A DNA stretch of 63,967 nt, counting the filler, from Squatina squatina (lineage: Eukaryota), in NCBI GenBank assembly GCA_031763465.1. It is 4 parts of 4 records of this genome, joined end to end, with 100 filler letters (N's around TTAATTAATTAA, not from the genome) between each part and the next. Parts side by side here need not be neighbours in the genome. Positions count along the whole stretch, not along the records: positions 33,182 to 52,084 come from JARFOE010000192.1; positions 52,185 to 63,967 come from JARFOE010114973.1; 2 more parts are not named here. The stretch is one strand, 5' to 3'. The position numbers and the translations under genes are program-made. The number at the start of each line of letters is the position of its first letter. Positions within the stretch are counted from its first letter, which is position 1. This document shows positions 48,501 through 61,484 of this stretch, piece after piece. The notes below the pieces were generated by a model. It made no database searches, was not told the origin of the DNA, and saw only the letters and a list, made by a program, of their open reading frames with translations.

Positions 48501-50276
48501 GGTGAACTTCTGGGACTGGATGTGCACTCAGTGGAATGAAATAAGATAGACTGCTAAGATAATTGTGCCGTGTTTGNNNNNNNNNNNNNNNNNNNNNNNN
48601 NNNNNNNNNNNNNNNNNNNNNNNNNNNNNNNNNNNNNNNNNNNNNNNNNNNNNNNNNNNNNNNNNNNNNNNNNNNNACTTTCCTCTTTCATGTCAAACAG
48701 TAGTTTTTTTTCCTTTCAACAGCTCTCAGCTCCCTATAAAGCCAAGCCAAAACTAGTCTTGAATACTGTTCCCATATCTGGAGAAGGCACTTCTAACATC
48801 TCCCTCATCCTCCTAGACAGGATATCAGAAAAAGCTGATCAGATAGATGATCCTCCAATCACCTTTCTCCATTGTAGCCTTCCTTGTCTCTCTATTTTCT
48901 TGATATTATTGAGGCTAAATGCTCTTGGGAACTTTTCTTTTGTTCCCCCAAGCTAAAAATCCACCATTCCACACACTCTTCTTCCTTGCAAGCGAGACTC
49001 ATCAGTCTCTAGCTCATTTTTTGAGGACATCAAACTGTGGAACTCTTTCCCTCGAATATAGACCACAGCCTTCACTTTGGTTCCTGCATAAAAAAGACTA
49101 ATATGTTAATGTTTAAATTTATAACTGCAGCTTTTTTTTTTAAATAAAAAAAGCATCTTGTCACAAATTGACACAATGAAAGTATTCCTGGATATATCTG
49201 GATTGCAGATATTTTGCTGATACTGAACGTCACTGATATTACTGCTTTAATCTTAGAACCCACAAAGTTTACACAATCCTACTCAAGCCAATTAGTTTTT
49301 ATTCTTGTCACAAGTTTCTTAGAGTGAGAACATGATACAAAAAGGAACAAAGTACAAATCCACTTCTGCTTTTTAGCTTAAGAGTTTTCAAAAGAATACA
49401 CATTTCTTCAACACAAGACTAGTAGATAATTGTGGATAAATGTTTAGTATCATGGTTGTTCTAAGACTCAGTCAAGTGATTTTAAACTCTTTGAAATTAC
49501 AGAAGGAATTGATAGTATAGTGGAGCTTAACATGGTCTTCTGAAGTTCCTCCCCACCACTTTAGCAGAGGAGTGAACCTGTGCTTAACATCTCTGCGAAA
49601 AGAATGGAAGCAGGAATTTAAGATAACCACATTAAGTGCTCATACATTAATATCCCATGCCACAATTTTAGGTTCTTGGCTATTTTAAAACATGGTTATT
49701 GTCCAATATCCCTCTTGGATATGGGACACATCAGCTACACAGAGAAAATGATATTACAACTGGTCCAAACTATACAGAGGCTCAGTAATCTAGCATTCCA
49801 TGGAACACTCGCTTCCAGTTTAGCAGACAAGTTATATGAGGGTAGTGGTCTCACATAGTATAGCAAGATTAAAGAGGGATTTTCTTCTCTGGTTTGCGGA
49901 CATGCCACAATAAAAAAAGATTAAAATGGCTTGTGGTGCATTGCACTCGATTTTCCATTTCCATCGCTTCAGAGGAAGGCAAGATGGGGTGTCTAACGGA
50001 GGGAGGGGACAAGCCAACGTGGTCAACTATACATGATCGCTCGTGCTTACAACCACCTATACCATAGCCCAAAAGGGAACAAGGGTATATGCTTGAAAAG
50101 GAAAAATGTGTAAGGGCGGGTGGCGGTTACGGGGAAAGAACAAGGGGTGGGGGGGTGGGGAGTGGGGACTATTCAGGTAGCATCTCGCAAATGGCCTGCA
50201 TGGACACCATGGGCCCTCTTCTGCGCTCTGTCATTCTATCGTATCTCTGAGTTCACAACCCGCGCGCCGTGCTCAC

Positions 50277-50396
50277 CATTTCCTTCCAGTTTATAGTAGG
50301 GCTCTTCACAGCTGTACGTGTTCTGGCACTCGAAGACGGTGGAAGTGAAGTTTCGATTTCCGTTCCTCAGCTTTACGGGGGGTCCGCAGTCCACAG
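50277..50396 (-). CDS. C1r/C1s/MASP-family serine protease, first exon of a CCP (sushi) domain
   Basis: 120 bp, tttcacag|...|gtgagc, phase 1-1; VDCGPPVKLRNGNRNFTSTVFECQNTYSCEEPYYKLEGN resembles C1s CCP2 (VDCG.P...NG...Y.CEEPYY). Confidence 0.8.
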
Positions 50397-50460
50397 CTGT
50401 GAAAGGGAGACGGTCCACCGGTAACCCGCAGCAAAGGATGAGACGCAGCTNNNNNNNNNN

Positions 50461-50636
50461 AGAAACATCGAGAATAGGAGCAGGACTCGGCCAGTTGGCC
50501 CTTCGAGCCCGCTCCGCCATTCAATACGATCATGGCTTATCATCCGAATTCAATACCCTGTCCCTGCTTTCTCCCCCTATCCCTTGATCCCTTTCGACAT
50601 AAGAGCTGTATCTAACTCCTGCTTGAATGTATTTAA
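50461..50636 (-). mobile_element. CR1 3' end
   Basis: LNTFKQELDTALMSKGIKG plus CR1 3' UTR. Confidence 0.85.
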
Positions 50637-52084
50637 GGTGCCCAATTCGAGGTAAAACTTCTCGCGCGGAATCGGCGCAAAACTGGCGTGAAGGCACTTT
50701 AGGCGCGAAAAGGCGTTCGCAAAATTCGGCTCCCGTTTGCGACGGCGCAAAACGGGCGCAAGGCCCATAAAGCACAAGGCGCTGGCTNNNNNNNNNNNNN
50801 NNNNNNNNNNNNNNNNNNNNNNNNNNNNNNNNNNNNNNNNNNNNNNNNNNNNNNNNNNNNNNNNNNNNNNNNNNNNNNNNNNNNNNNGAAGTCTGCATTG
50901 CTTTTTTTATTGAAACTAACTATCTTTCTAAGTCCTTTCTGCAGAAAAATGTTCAAAAGATCCTGAAAGGTGACAGCCACTTGTATCTATCTTGTTTTTT
51001 TCGGGATCCTTGACTTTTGAAATCCGACAGTCACATCTTTTTAAAAAAAAAAAAAAATTAGATTGAAATCCATACCAGAAGAAGCCACGTTCAGCGGTAT
51101 AAGTATAGGATGGTATCCAGCTCAATGTATAGAATGTTGGCATCAAGAATTTGTGCAACTGGTGGCAACTTCATTGTAAACTTGCTGAGTTTTCTAAAGT
51201 TGGTGTTGAGGGAAATCTAGAAGGAAATGGACCTTCTCTGGGTGCCGGCTTTAGCAAATATCTGATTTACATTGGGTTTGTTGCCGACTCTAATAAAAAA
51301 AAAATAAAAAAATCTCTGCTTTGGGAAATGGCAGTGCAAACATCCCACTGATACCAGTATAAAAATAGCTGAAGCATAGAGGATTGTGGGTATTAATCTG
51401 TGTCTCATCACTTGACTTTTCAGCATTTAGGGACACTTATTTTTACATTCTGACTGGCTGCTTTACATCAAGGTGTGATTCATGTGTAAACTTTCCTTCC
51501 TGCAGCAATCTGATGCAAATACTATAGCTATTTCTAAAATCCAATACAAGTCTGCGCCAGAAGTGACTGAAATGATTTCTTATTACAAATCTAATATTTC
51601 CTGAAAAAAAGACGACATCCCACCATCACCACCACATCATTGTGAAGCAAACATTCGCTGTCTACTGAGCAGTCTTGCTCACTCGGCCTGAAATGTGTCC
51701 CTGTTAAAGTATCAGGGTTAATGTAATTGAATTTTTGTCAGTTCGAAACAGCACATTCAGTTTTCAGTTGCTAAATTCTTATCCCATGCGGGCTGGAAAC
51801 TCTCAAAATATTTTCCATATTTCATAGCTGAGATCATTAATTATGGGGCTTTCCCAGTCATCCAAGTCTCGCCTATCACAGACTTCAGTCTTATAAACGA
51901 ATCAAGTAGGGGAGGAAGTAGGTGTATTTATCAAATTATTTTGTTTATCAAGACAGAAAATTTTGGGCCTAATGACTACATGCACTACTTGCTTAAAATG
52001 TATAAATGGAAATATTAAAATTGTAAATTCAGCTTGCGTGATAATGGAATCTGATTTATTTATGCAGAATAATATTTAAGTTGT

Positions 52085-52184
52085 NNNNNNNNNNNNNNNN
52101 NNNNNNNNNNNNNNNNNNNNNNNNNNNNTTAATTAATTAANNNNNNNNNNNNNNNNNNNNNNNNNNNNNNNNNNNNNNNNNNNN
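52085..52184. other. Artificial scaffold-joining linker
   Basis: TTAATTAATTAA at 52129-52140 within Ns. Confidence 0.95.
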
Positions 52185-53437
52185 CCAGTTATACCATTTG
52201 GAAATGTGAATTCTGTCCGCGCCAAAAATACCGTCTCGACGGTATTAAAATATTGAAATGTACTTTTGAATTGTAAGCCCCTTTTTGGTGCCTTTAGGTC
52301 TGGGTGTTCTTCGGAGAGGAGAATAGTTCTCCGGAGGTTTTGTTTGCATATCAATGTTATATCGATGGGTTTCGATGGCTCAGTATCTGTGCCATCAGCC
52401 TTGATTACAGTACTTAACACCTGTAATGTTTGTCAGGACTTGAAGCAATATTTGCTCTGCACTTTGTTTTGGGTTTTAATCCTTTTAGCAACTCTGGGTG
52501 TTGACAGCCAATCGTCCTCATTAATAATGTCTTCAAATGAAAATGTCTTCGGAATGTGTGGGCTTCAGCAAGGACCTGCTGTCCCAAACCTTTGTTTTAT
52601 GGTCGATTGTTCCAGAACCAGTTTATTTCAGTGGGAGGGGCGATGTCCCTAGCCACTGTATGTATTCCTTTCATGGGCTGAGTAAAAATCCATTTGAGGT
52701 GTTTGATTAATGCAAGAGCAAAGATCTCTGTATATTTTTCTAATGCTGTTACGTTGTTAATATTAACAGTTTTCAAACTGTAAAATCATGTTGTGTCCCA
52801 GCACCTGGGCCTGAATGTGCTATAAGTTGTACAAATAAACATGTCTGCAGCCTCTGTGGCTGGAGTTTTCCAATTACCATAGGCATTGTCTTGTTGATTG
52901 ACAGGAGTCTGCAGGTTTTTCCCCACTTACCCGTTCGCAGTCTGCAGTTTTAATTCCTGACTCCTGTCCACCATTTTGGCCCGATTCTTACAGAAGCAAA
53001 GACCCCAGTTCCGGGGCAGAAGACATCTCTCTGGGTCCAGCGAGAAAACACCGAGCCCCGGACCAATGCAGCGGCCGATTTCGGCGCTGTCCAATTGGGG
53101 TCCTGCATGTTTAACTTTGGTGGGCATCACAAGCAAAGGGAAATTATAAAATCACACAAGAGCAAATTTTTCTGCAGGTGTCACTGATGTGACTGGTGTG
53201 TCGTACATTTTCACTTCTTGAAAACTAAAGCGCAACCCCAGGCACATTGGACACATTTTATTCACCACAGGTTTCCTACCAGCATGTCAGCCCGATAATA
53301 CAATTCAAGTGCTCTCGGCAGGCAAACAAAAGGTTACTTTGCCACTTGTCTAAAGAAAGGTTTTTTTTAAACTGATTACACAAGAGCATATTAATAATAT
53401 CTCATCAGTATGAGCCGAATTCTTTATAGCCCAGGAT

Positions 53438-53886
53438 AAAAACAGAAAGTGCTGAAAATACTCAGCAGGTCAGGCAGCATCTGTGGAGAGAGAAACAGGG
53501 TTAGCGTTTCAGGTCAGATAACCTTTCGCCAGAGTTGGAAATAGTTAGAGCTATAACAGGTGTTAAGCAAGTGCAGGGGCTGGGAACATGGGGAGGGAAG
53601 GTCTGTGAAAGGGTGGAAGGCAGGAGAGATGACAAAAGGGATGATGGTGCAAGGCAAAAGGAGATGGTAATGGGACAAGTAAAGAAATAAAAGATTGTCT
53701 AGAAGAGCTGTAAATAGTAATAGTAAAATCAGCAACAGCTGCCATCCACAAAAATGGGGGCAGAGGTTATGACCTGAAATTGTTGAACTCAATGTTGAAT
53801 CCGGAGGGCTGTAAAGTGCCTAATTGAAAGATGAGGTGCTGTTCCTCGAATGTAAGCTCAAGGAACAGAACCTTATCTTTCGCTTA
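53438..53886 (-). mobile_element. Penelope-like retroelement 3' fragment with a short terminal inversion
   Basis: Minus strand EEQHLIFQLGTLQPSGFNIEFNNFRS* (GIY-YIG C-terminus-like) and tail acagatgctgcctgacctgctgagt. Confidence 0.75.
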
Positions 53887-54726
53887 ACATTGTGCTTTTA
53901 ATGGTGTAACATTCCTGTCCTTCAAAAGTAGTGTATCATCAACATGAGAGATCTATTAGTGCAGTGTGTATTATTGACAGACAGAGAAATTTCTCAACAA
54001 GTTTATGTTGAATGCAGTGGATTATATGCGGTGACTATAGCAATAAATATCTCCTTGCACATTTCCAACAAGTGGAATTTATTTCTGTTTCAAGATCTAT
54101 TACCCACAGATGTCTTGGGGAGTGTTCATATTCCCCTTGCGTGGCATTTTGTCACTGAATGTGGTCTATAACAATTATTTTCCATCCTTAAGCACAACCA
54201 GGATGCAGTGACTGGATTTACATAACTTCCATATGCTGAAGCCCTTTCATGTACTGTAAAAGTTAACAAGTTGCCAGAGCTTTTGATTGATATTTAACTG
54301 TTGGAGCAATGGGAAGGTAGTCACTGTAGTCTCCAGGTATGCCAGTAACAGGTTAGGAGTTTGCTCTTTCCCAGTCAATGATATTATTTCCTGCAATTTG
54401 TTCCACATTTACCTTTCTGCTTCGTGAGGGGTTGAATGGCGATTCTTTGTGTGCCCACCTGAATGCCCAATAGGCAAGATTTAAAGTGTGATTTTCATTT
54501 TGGTATTTTGTCTTATGTTCAAAGTGGATGCAATGTAAGTTGTTCAATATAGTGTATTTTGTTTTGATCCAGATTCAAGCTTCCTGGAAAAGTAATCGTT
54601 TAAATTAAGAGAGGAAAATCAGTTGGGCGCACTCTGACCTGACCGATTTTCCGATACCCCCAGTTCCCAGATGATCCAGTCCACCTGGATGCAGACCCAG
54701 AAAAATCTCCCTTTTATTAGTCTCTG

Positions 54727-55415
54727 GAAACACAGGAACAGGAGTTGGCCATTCAGCCCCTCGAGCCTGTTCCGCCATTCAATGAGATCATGGCTGATCT
54801 GTATCTTAAATCCATCTACCCGCCTTGCCTAACAAAAATCTATCAATCTCAGTTTTGAAATTTTCAATTGACCCCCAACCTCAACAGCTTTTTGGGGGAG
54901 AGAGTTCTAGATTTACACTATCCTTTGTGCAAAGTGCTTTCTGACATCACTCCTGAATGGCCAAGCTCTAATTTTAAGGCTATTCTGGATTCCCCACCCA
55001 CACCCCAACCAGAGGAAATCGTTTCTCTCCATCTACTCTTATCAACTCCTTTGATCATCTTAAACATTTCAATTAGATGACCCCTCAATTTTCTATATTC
55101 AAGGGAACGCAAGGCTATTCTATGCATTCTGTCCTCATAATTTAACCCTTTTAGCCCCAGTATCATTCTGGTGAATGTGTGCTGCACCCCCTCCAAGGCC
55201 AATCTATCCTTCCTGAGGGATGGTGCCCAGACCTGAACACAGTGCTCGAAATGGGGTCTAACCAGAGCTCTGCACAGCTATAATATAACTTCCACACCTT
55301 TGCATTCCAGCCCTCCTGAGATAAAGGCCAACATTCCATAAGCCTTTTCAGTTATTTTTTGTACCTGTCCACTAGCTTTTAGTGACCCCTAAATCTCTCT
55401 GCTCATCCACAGTTC
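54727..55415 (-). mobile_element. CR1 3' fragment
   Basis: ALEGVQHTFTRMILGLKGLNYEDR...RKLRGHLIEMFKMIKG plus 3' UTR. Confidence 0.88.
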
Positions 55416-55674
55416 CACGCTTCTAGAAAATGAAAACTAGCCGCAAACACATCGCAATGTTTATAATTTCCCAATAGCCAACAGCAAGCCATTCTTCTTC
55501 ACGCAATTGCCTGGTCCTTAAGGGGGCTGCTGGAGGCCGCACACAAAAAGATCTGAAATTATTTTTGATAGTTGAATTTCTGTGGAGCCAAGAGGAGCAG
55601 GAGTGCACCTCCTGCTTCCACAAAAACATGGCGTGCCAGAATCGCTCCCCTTCGTGTAGTCTTGCCCCCAGACC

Positions 55675-55880
55675 TAAAGTGACCAAACGTCCTGGTTTCA
55701 CCTGGACAGTCCCTCGTTTTTCAGGAGACATCCCAGTGTCCCGACACTTACCTTAAAATTGCTCAAATGTCCGTTTTTTTGTGCTCACTTGACTGCGCGT
55801 GCACAATCCCGCCAGTGACCTGACTGCACATGCGCAGACTGATTGTCCCAGTTTGCCAATGTTAAGATCTGGTCACCCAA
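55675..55880. mobile_element. hAT (Tip100/MER96-like) MITE with an imperfect 8-bp TSD
   Basis: taaagtgacca...tggtcacccaa; flanks cccagacc / cccagggc. Confidence 0.7.
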
Positions 55881-56111
55881 CCCAGGGCATACTTGCAGCT
55901 TGCCAATTTCACGCAGCTGAGGTCGAAGGCCCAATTCCGATCGGGCTTTGGGATGACTTCCTTGCATTCGCCACCCATTTTGTGCTGGAAACCGACACGA
56001 GTTAAGTTTCTCCCCGAAATGTTCGTTCAATATATACACTATCACTGTCCATTATAATCACTCGTTGTATGAAAAGCCTAATCAGGGCAATTATGTGACT
56101 TTTTGTTCCAG

Positions 56112-56255
56112 CTACTCCTGACTATGAAGAACAGTTTCCAGCTTCATCTACCAACACAACTACAATCAGCACAATAAATGAAATGACCCCGCAGCCAAAC
56201 CACATTACCACGGATGGTGCAGACAGGAACCTCTTACTTTCACTACTTTATAGCC
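56112..56255 (+). CDS. Ser/Thr/Pro-rich symmetric exon, copy 1 (unidentified gene)
   Basis: ttttgttccag|...|gtgggt, 144 bp, phase 1-1; TPDYEEQFPASSTNTTTISTINEMTPQPNHITTDGADRNLLLSLLYS. Confidence 0.7.
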
Positions 56256-56290
56256 GTGGGTATTCATTGCATGTCAATCATCTGAATTCT

Positions 56291-56675
56291 CGAGAAAAGA
56301 GAAGGCTGACGGGTAACCTATTAGAGGTCTTTAAAATTATCAAGGGGTTTGATAGGGTAGACGTAGGGAAAATGTTTCCGTTTGCGGGGAAATCCAAAAC
56401 TAGGGGTCTTAAATATAAGATAGTCATGAATAAATCCAATAAGGAATTCAGGAGAAACTTCTTTACCCAGAGAGTGGCTAGAATGTGAAACTTGGAGTAG
56501 TTGAGGTGACTAGCATAGATGCATATAAGGGGACGCTTGATAGGTACATGAGAGAGAAGGTTATGCTGAAAGGTTAGATGAAGTAGGGTGTGAGGAGGCT
56601 TGAGTAGAGCATAAACACCGGCATCGACCAGTTGGGAAGAGTGGCCTGTTTTTGTGCTGTAAATTCTAAGTAATT
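56291..56675 (+). mobile_element. CR1 3' fragment (intronic)
   Basis: EKRRLTGNLLEVFKIIKGFDRVD...FRRNFFTQRVARM plus tail. Confidence 0.88.
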
Positions 56676-57096
56676 TTATGTGAACAGCCAGCATTTCTAG
56701 GGCAGTAACTGAATGTTCACTTTCACAGACAAAATTCTATGGGGCTGTCAGCGCCTCCTTCTCCTCCTCAGTGCTGCTTTCAACTCCTACATCCTGTGGC
56801 TACTGCTCCAAGCCATTAAACACCTGGGTGCTGTGGGCGTGAATTCTTGTGAGATCTCAAATTCCTACTTGTAAGGTGCAACAATGTTTAACCAGCAGCG
56901 ACATGATACAAGAGGCGGGAAGAACCTGGAGCTGTGCTGAGGAGATGGGATGTGAGAAGTGAGGAGATGTGGGGCAGGGGCAAGAAAAGTACTAGTATGA
57001 ATGGCGGGGGCAGGCGAACCGTGCCAGGCTACACTGTAGGGTGGGAGGTGGGGGTGAGAAGAATATCTGCATGAATTGTGTGACTTTGTGTTTCAG

Positions 57097-57240
57097 CTCT
57101 TCCTGACCATGAAGAACATCTTCCAGCTCCATCTTCCATCGCAACTACAATCAGCACAATAAATGAAACAACACCGCAGTCAAACTACATTACCACGGAT
57201 GGTGCAGCCAGGAACCATTTGCTTTCATCACTTCCTGGTG
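57097..57240 (+). CDS. Ser/Thr/Pro-rich symmetric exon, copy 2
   Basis: tttgtgtttcag|...|gtgggt, 144 bp, phase 1-1; LPDHEEHLPAPSSIATTISTINETTPQSNYITTDGAARNHLLSSLPG. Confidence 0.7.
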
Positions 57241-57309
57241 GTGGGTATTCATTGCATGTCAACCATCTGACATATGGAGAGCCAGCATTTTTAGGGCCGT
57301 ATTTGCATG

Positions 57310-57762
57310 TCCATGTTAACCATGTCCCGTTCTCCCATCACCCCTGTGCTCGCTGACCTAAATTGGCTCCTCTTCCAGCAACGGCTCAAGTTTAAAATTC
57401 TCATCCTTGTATTCAAATCACTCCATGGCCTCGCTCCTCCCTATCTCTGTAACCTCATCCAGCCTTACAGCCCTCCGGGAATTCTGCCTTCCTCCAATTC
57501 TGGCCTCTTGTAGACCCATGATTTTCTTTGTTCCACCAGATGGCCTTCAGCCATCTAGTCCCCAAGCTCCGGAATTCCCTTCCTAAACCTCTCTTTCTCA
57601 CTACCTCTCTCCTTTCCTTCAAGACACTACTTATAACCTGGCTCTTTGACCAGACTTTCTCCCCTAATATCTCCCCATGTGCCTCGGTGTCAAATTGTGT
57701 CTCATAATGCTCCTGGGAAGCACCTTGGGCACTATATAAATGCAACTTGTTGTTGCTGTTGA
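57310..57762 (+). mobile_element. L2 LINE 3' end
   Basis: SPITPVLADLNWL..QQRLKFKILILVFKSLHGLAPPYL; (ttg)n tail. Confidence 0.88.
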
Positions 57763-58995
57763 ATTGGGGGCAGAAGGACACAAATGCCTGTATGAATGGG
57801 ATTGGGGGAGAAAAAAGAATCACCCGTTTGAGATGAGAAGAGCGGGAAGAGGAGTGCCAGATTGAAATGGAAGAGGAGAGGAAAAGATTGCCAATATGAA
57901 CTAGGAAAGTAAGAGGGGATATCGTGCTTCTGTGAACAGAAGATTGTAGTGAATACAATGTCCAGGAACTGTGAGAGAAAGGGTTATCGGGGAAAAGTGC
58001 CTCTATTAAGTGGAGGCGAGTGCCTTTGTATAGGGTGACAAACTGTTGACATAGATTTTGTGGAAGCGACAATCTGGTTGGTTTTCATCAACATCACTTA
58101 TTTTTCTTATATTTTAAACTAAAAAGTTAACAATGGTAAAGGGTAAAAGTGTTTAACACTAATCAGATTGCACAATTTTTAACTAAAAAATGAAAATGTT
58201 CTTGCGGATAATGGCCTGACTTCCCTAGTTGGTGCAGAGGAGAGGGTAGCAAATGGAAGGGATGTACTTTTATATATCATTGAAATCAGTATGTCCTGCC
58301 ATCTTTCCGTTCAAGAATCCTGTGTCAAGAGTATCAGTGTTTTACATCTCGTCATCATTAACATGTGATACTGCAGTTCCATGTTCTGACCACAAGTAGG
58401 CTCTGGCAAATAGGTAGTTCTGCAGAACCAAATTACCCTTTTTTCTCTAACACCATTTTGATTTTTCTTTAAACTTATTATTTAATAACTTATTAATTTT
58501 TATTGTTTGGGAATATTGTCGACCCGCATCATCAGCAGCTGTTCGTTGTTATTTGAAGGCAAGTCGGGATAAATAAATTCATATGGCATTAGCCACTGAT
58601 CAGAATTCCTCCCATGATGGCTGAGAGTTCATCTGAAAAGTAGCTGAGATTTACGGACCTGCTTTTTGCTTTGATCCTTCAGGGACAGGAAACTGCCAAG
58701 CCCACCTGGTCTGGCCTATCAGTTACTCCAGTCCCACACTACATGGTTGATTTTTCATCTCCTCTGAAATGGCTTAGCAAGCCACTCAGACACAAAAAGT
58801 CACTTTGGGATGAACAATAAATGTGGGTTACTGAGAACAAATACAAAAGAAAGATACCAGAGGGTCTTTGGCTGCTGTGAAGCTGTGCACAGCAATGAGT
58901 CAACACCTTGTGGTGGGGAGGGGAGGGTAGAGAAACAAAAAGGGAAGTTGATTGGATCATTTCTTATAGTTTGTATATGTGGTGTTACATTTTAG

Positions 58996-59142
58996 ATACG
59001 ACTGAGCATGAAGATAGGCGGACAGGTCTTCCTATGACCACAACTGTAAGCACAATAATAAATAAACTGATACCTCCGACCAACTGCCCAAGTCCTGCAG
59101 TTTGTCTTGACAGGAGCCTAATTCTTTCAGCATCACCTAACT
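58996..59142 (+). CDS. Ser/Thr/Pro-rich symmetric exon, diverged copy 3
   Basis: ttacattttag|...|gtgagt, 147 bp, phase 1-1; TTEHEDRRTGLPMTTTVSTIINKLIPPTNCPSPAVCLDRSLILSASPN. Confidence 0.7.
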
Positions 59143-59399
59143 GTGAGTATCCAGTTCTTGTCGAATGAAACATAGCAAAATAAAGGTATTGAATTATTTT
59201 CAGCACTGTATTAACCTGTAAATTATTTGTTTTCCATTCCTTTTGGCCCTCCAGTCCAGTATATCATTGCCCAAGACAATGGTAGACCATACATTATTCC
59301 CAGCACTTTGCCTCTGACATAAGGATGTATGTGAGCGCAACATCCTCCTCGTTTACCTTGTGAGCCAGATTCTTCGCCAGCTTAATATTGAAGACTGAA

Positions 59400-60100
59400 G
59401 CTGTCCTGGTTGGCTTCTGCCGCAACTCCCTTCCCCAGCACTCAGTTCCACCTCTCTCTATTACTGATTGAGAGTGAACCTAAAGCGATATATCCATGGT
59501 GCCCTGTTCAACCCTTAGCCGAAAACACTGCATCTTATCCATCACCAAGGCTGCCTATTTACACTTCCTTAACTTTAGACTTCGCTGTCCCTACCGTATC
59601 TTCATCACAGCCGAAACCCTTATCACATCTTTGTCTTCCCTCCAGGCTTGACTTCGCCAAGGTTCGCCATTCTAAGCTGCAACCTGAGAAACTTTCAATT
59701 AATTTAGAACTCCACTGCCCACATCTTGTTCTGAGTTCTGCTCATATATTGCCCTTGTCCCCAGTGAGCTTGACAGGCTCACCATTTCCCAATGCATTGA
59801 TTTCAAAATTCTATGTTCTTATCTACAAACATTCCATGCCTTACCTGTACTACTTCAAGCCCTGCTTCTCTGTTTTGCAGCCTTCGTTTTCCATCTCCGG
59901 CACAATATGCATCAAACACTTTCCCACTGCTCCAACCTCCTCGACAGAGCCTGCAGCCATCATACCCCTGTCCTCTGGAATTCTCTTCCTAAACCTCGAT
60001 CCCCTTGCTACATTTCACCTCACATTTAAAGCTGCTGGAAAATCTTTCTCTTCTAACATTTACTCCTCCAGCTCCCACTCGGAGATTTCTTCCTTTCGTT
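59400..60100 (+). mobile_element. Old, decayed L2 fragment
   Basis: KTEAV..., AETLITS...SRLD, FKI..LIYK, LWNSL remnants spread across frames. Confidence 0.6.
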
Positions 60101-60319
60101 ATTGTTGACCTACAGGCAGTGGAAAGAAGACTTTCACCCATCAGCATTATTTAAATCCTGTATGTGCAGCAAATTATGACACAAAAGGGTAAATTGGCCA
60201 ATCATGCACAGCCAGCAGATGTTGGAGAGTTGGCAATTTAGCATTGTAGCCCTGTCTCTGACCTGTGTTCCCTTCATGTGAGGTTCTCCACTGAGAACAA
60301 GGGATTGCTGAGATTACCC

Positions 60320-61220
60320 TAACATTGACACAAAACTCGATCAAGTCGTAAAAAGTTAAAAAGGATAGTAGCAGACTTCAGGAGGACATAGACTGGTGAA
60401 ATAGGCAGACACATAGCGGATGAAATTTAATGCAGGGAAGTGTGAAGTGATGCATTTTGGAGAGAAGAATGGGGAGAGACAATATAACCTAAATGGTCCA
60501 ATTTTAGAGCGGGTGCAGGAAGAGAGACATCTAGGGGTTTACATACAGAAATCCATGGTGGTGGCAGGACAGGATGATAAAGCTGTTAAAAAAGCATAGG
60601 GGATCCTTGCCTTTATAAACAGAGCTTTATAAAGCAGCAAGGAAGTTATGCTAAAACTTTATAAATAACTTGATGGGCCTCAGCTGGAGTATTGTCTTCA
60701 ATTTTGTGCGCCACACTTTAGGAAGGATGTCAAGGTCTTGGAGAGGGTGCAGAGGTGATTGACCAGAATGGTACCAGGGATGAGGGACTTCAGTTACGTG
60801 GAGAGACGAGAGAAGCTGGGATTGTTCCCCTTCAAGCAGATAAGGTTAAGGGGAGATTTAATAGAGACATTCAAAATCATGAAGGGTTTTGATCAAGTAA
60901 ATAAGGAGTAACCGTTTCCACTGGCTGAAGGATCGTTAACCAAAGGACACAGATTTATGATAATTGGCAAAAGAGCCGGTGAGATTTATTTATGCAGCGA
61001 GTTATTATGATCTGGAATGCACTGCCTGAAAGGGTAGTGGAAGCAGATTCAATAGTAACTTTTAAAAACGAATTGGATGAATAATTGAAAGTGAAAAAGT
61101 TGCAGGACCATGAGGAAAGTACAAGGGAGTGCAACTAATTGAATAGCTCTGTAAAAGAGCAGGCACCGGAACAATGTACCGAATGTCTTCCTTCTGTGCT
61201 GTAAGATATGATTCTATGAT
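60320..61220 (+). mobile_element. CR1 RT C-terminus and 3' UTR
   Basis: RLQEDID..MKFNAGKCEVMHFG...PQLEYCLQF..LERVQR...IWNALPERVVEADS. Confidence 0.9.
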
Positions 61221-61484
61221 TGGGAGCCAACTTTAGAGACATAGGGATGGATGGTGAAACAAATCAAAAAAATTCACAATGATGAAATGGGGCAATCTTC
61301 TGGGTAGGGAGGTTTCTGACCTCAGTGTTGTTATCCCTTTCAACAATGAGCAGAAAAGTTACACTTCAAACAAGTTTCCTTAACAATTTCCTCCCCTTTC
61401 CATCTCTGCCAAGATATTGCCTGTATGTTGGTGTATGATTCCAAGACCACCAGTCACCTGGACACCTCACTAAAATAGTCATTT

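Noticed and set aside
59410-60108. 232-aa ORF as a novel gene
   Set aside because: Overlaps a decayed L2 fragment; L2 motifs are scattered across frames.
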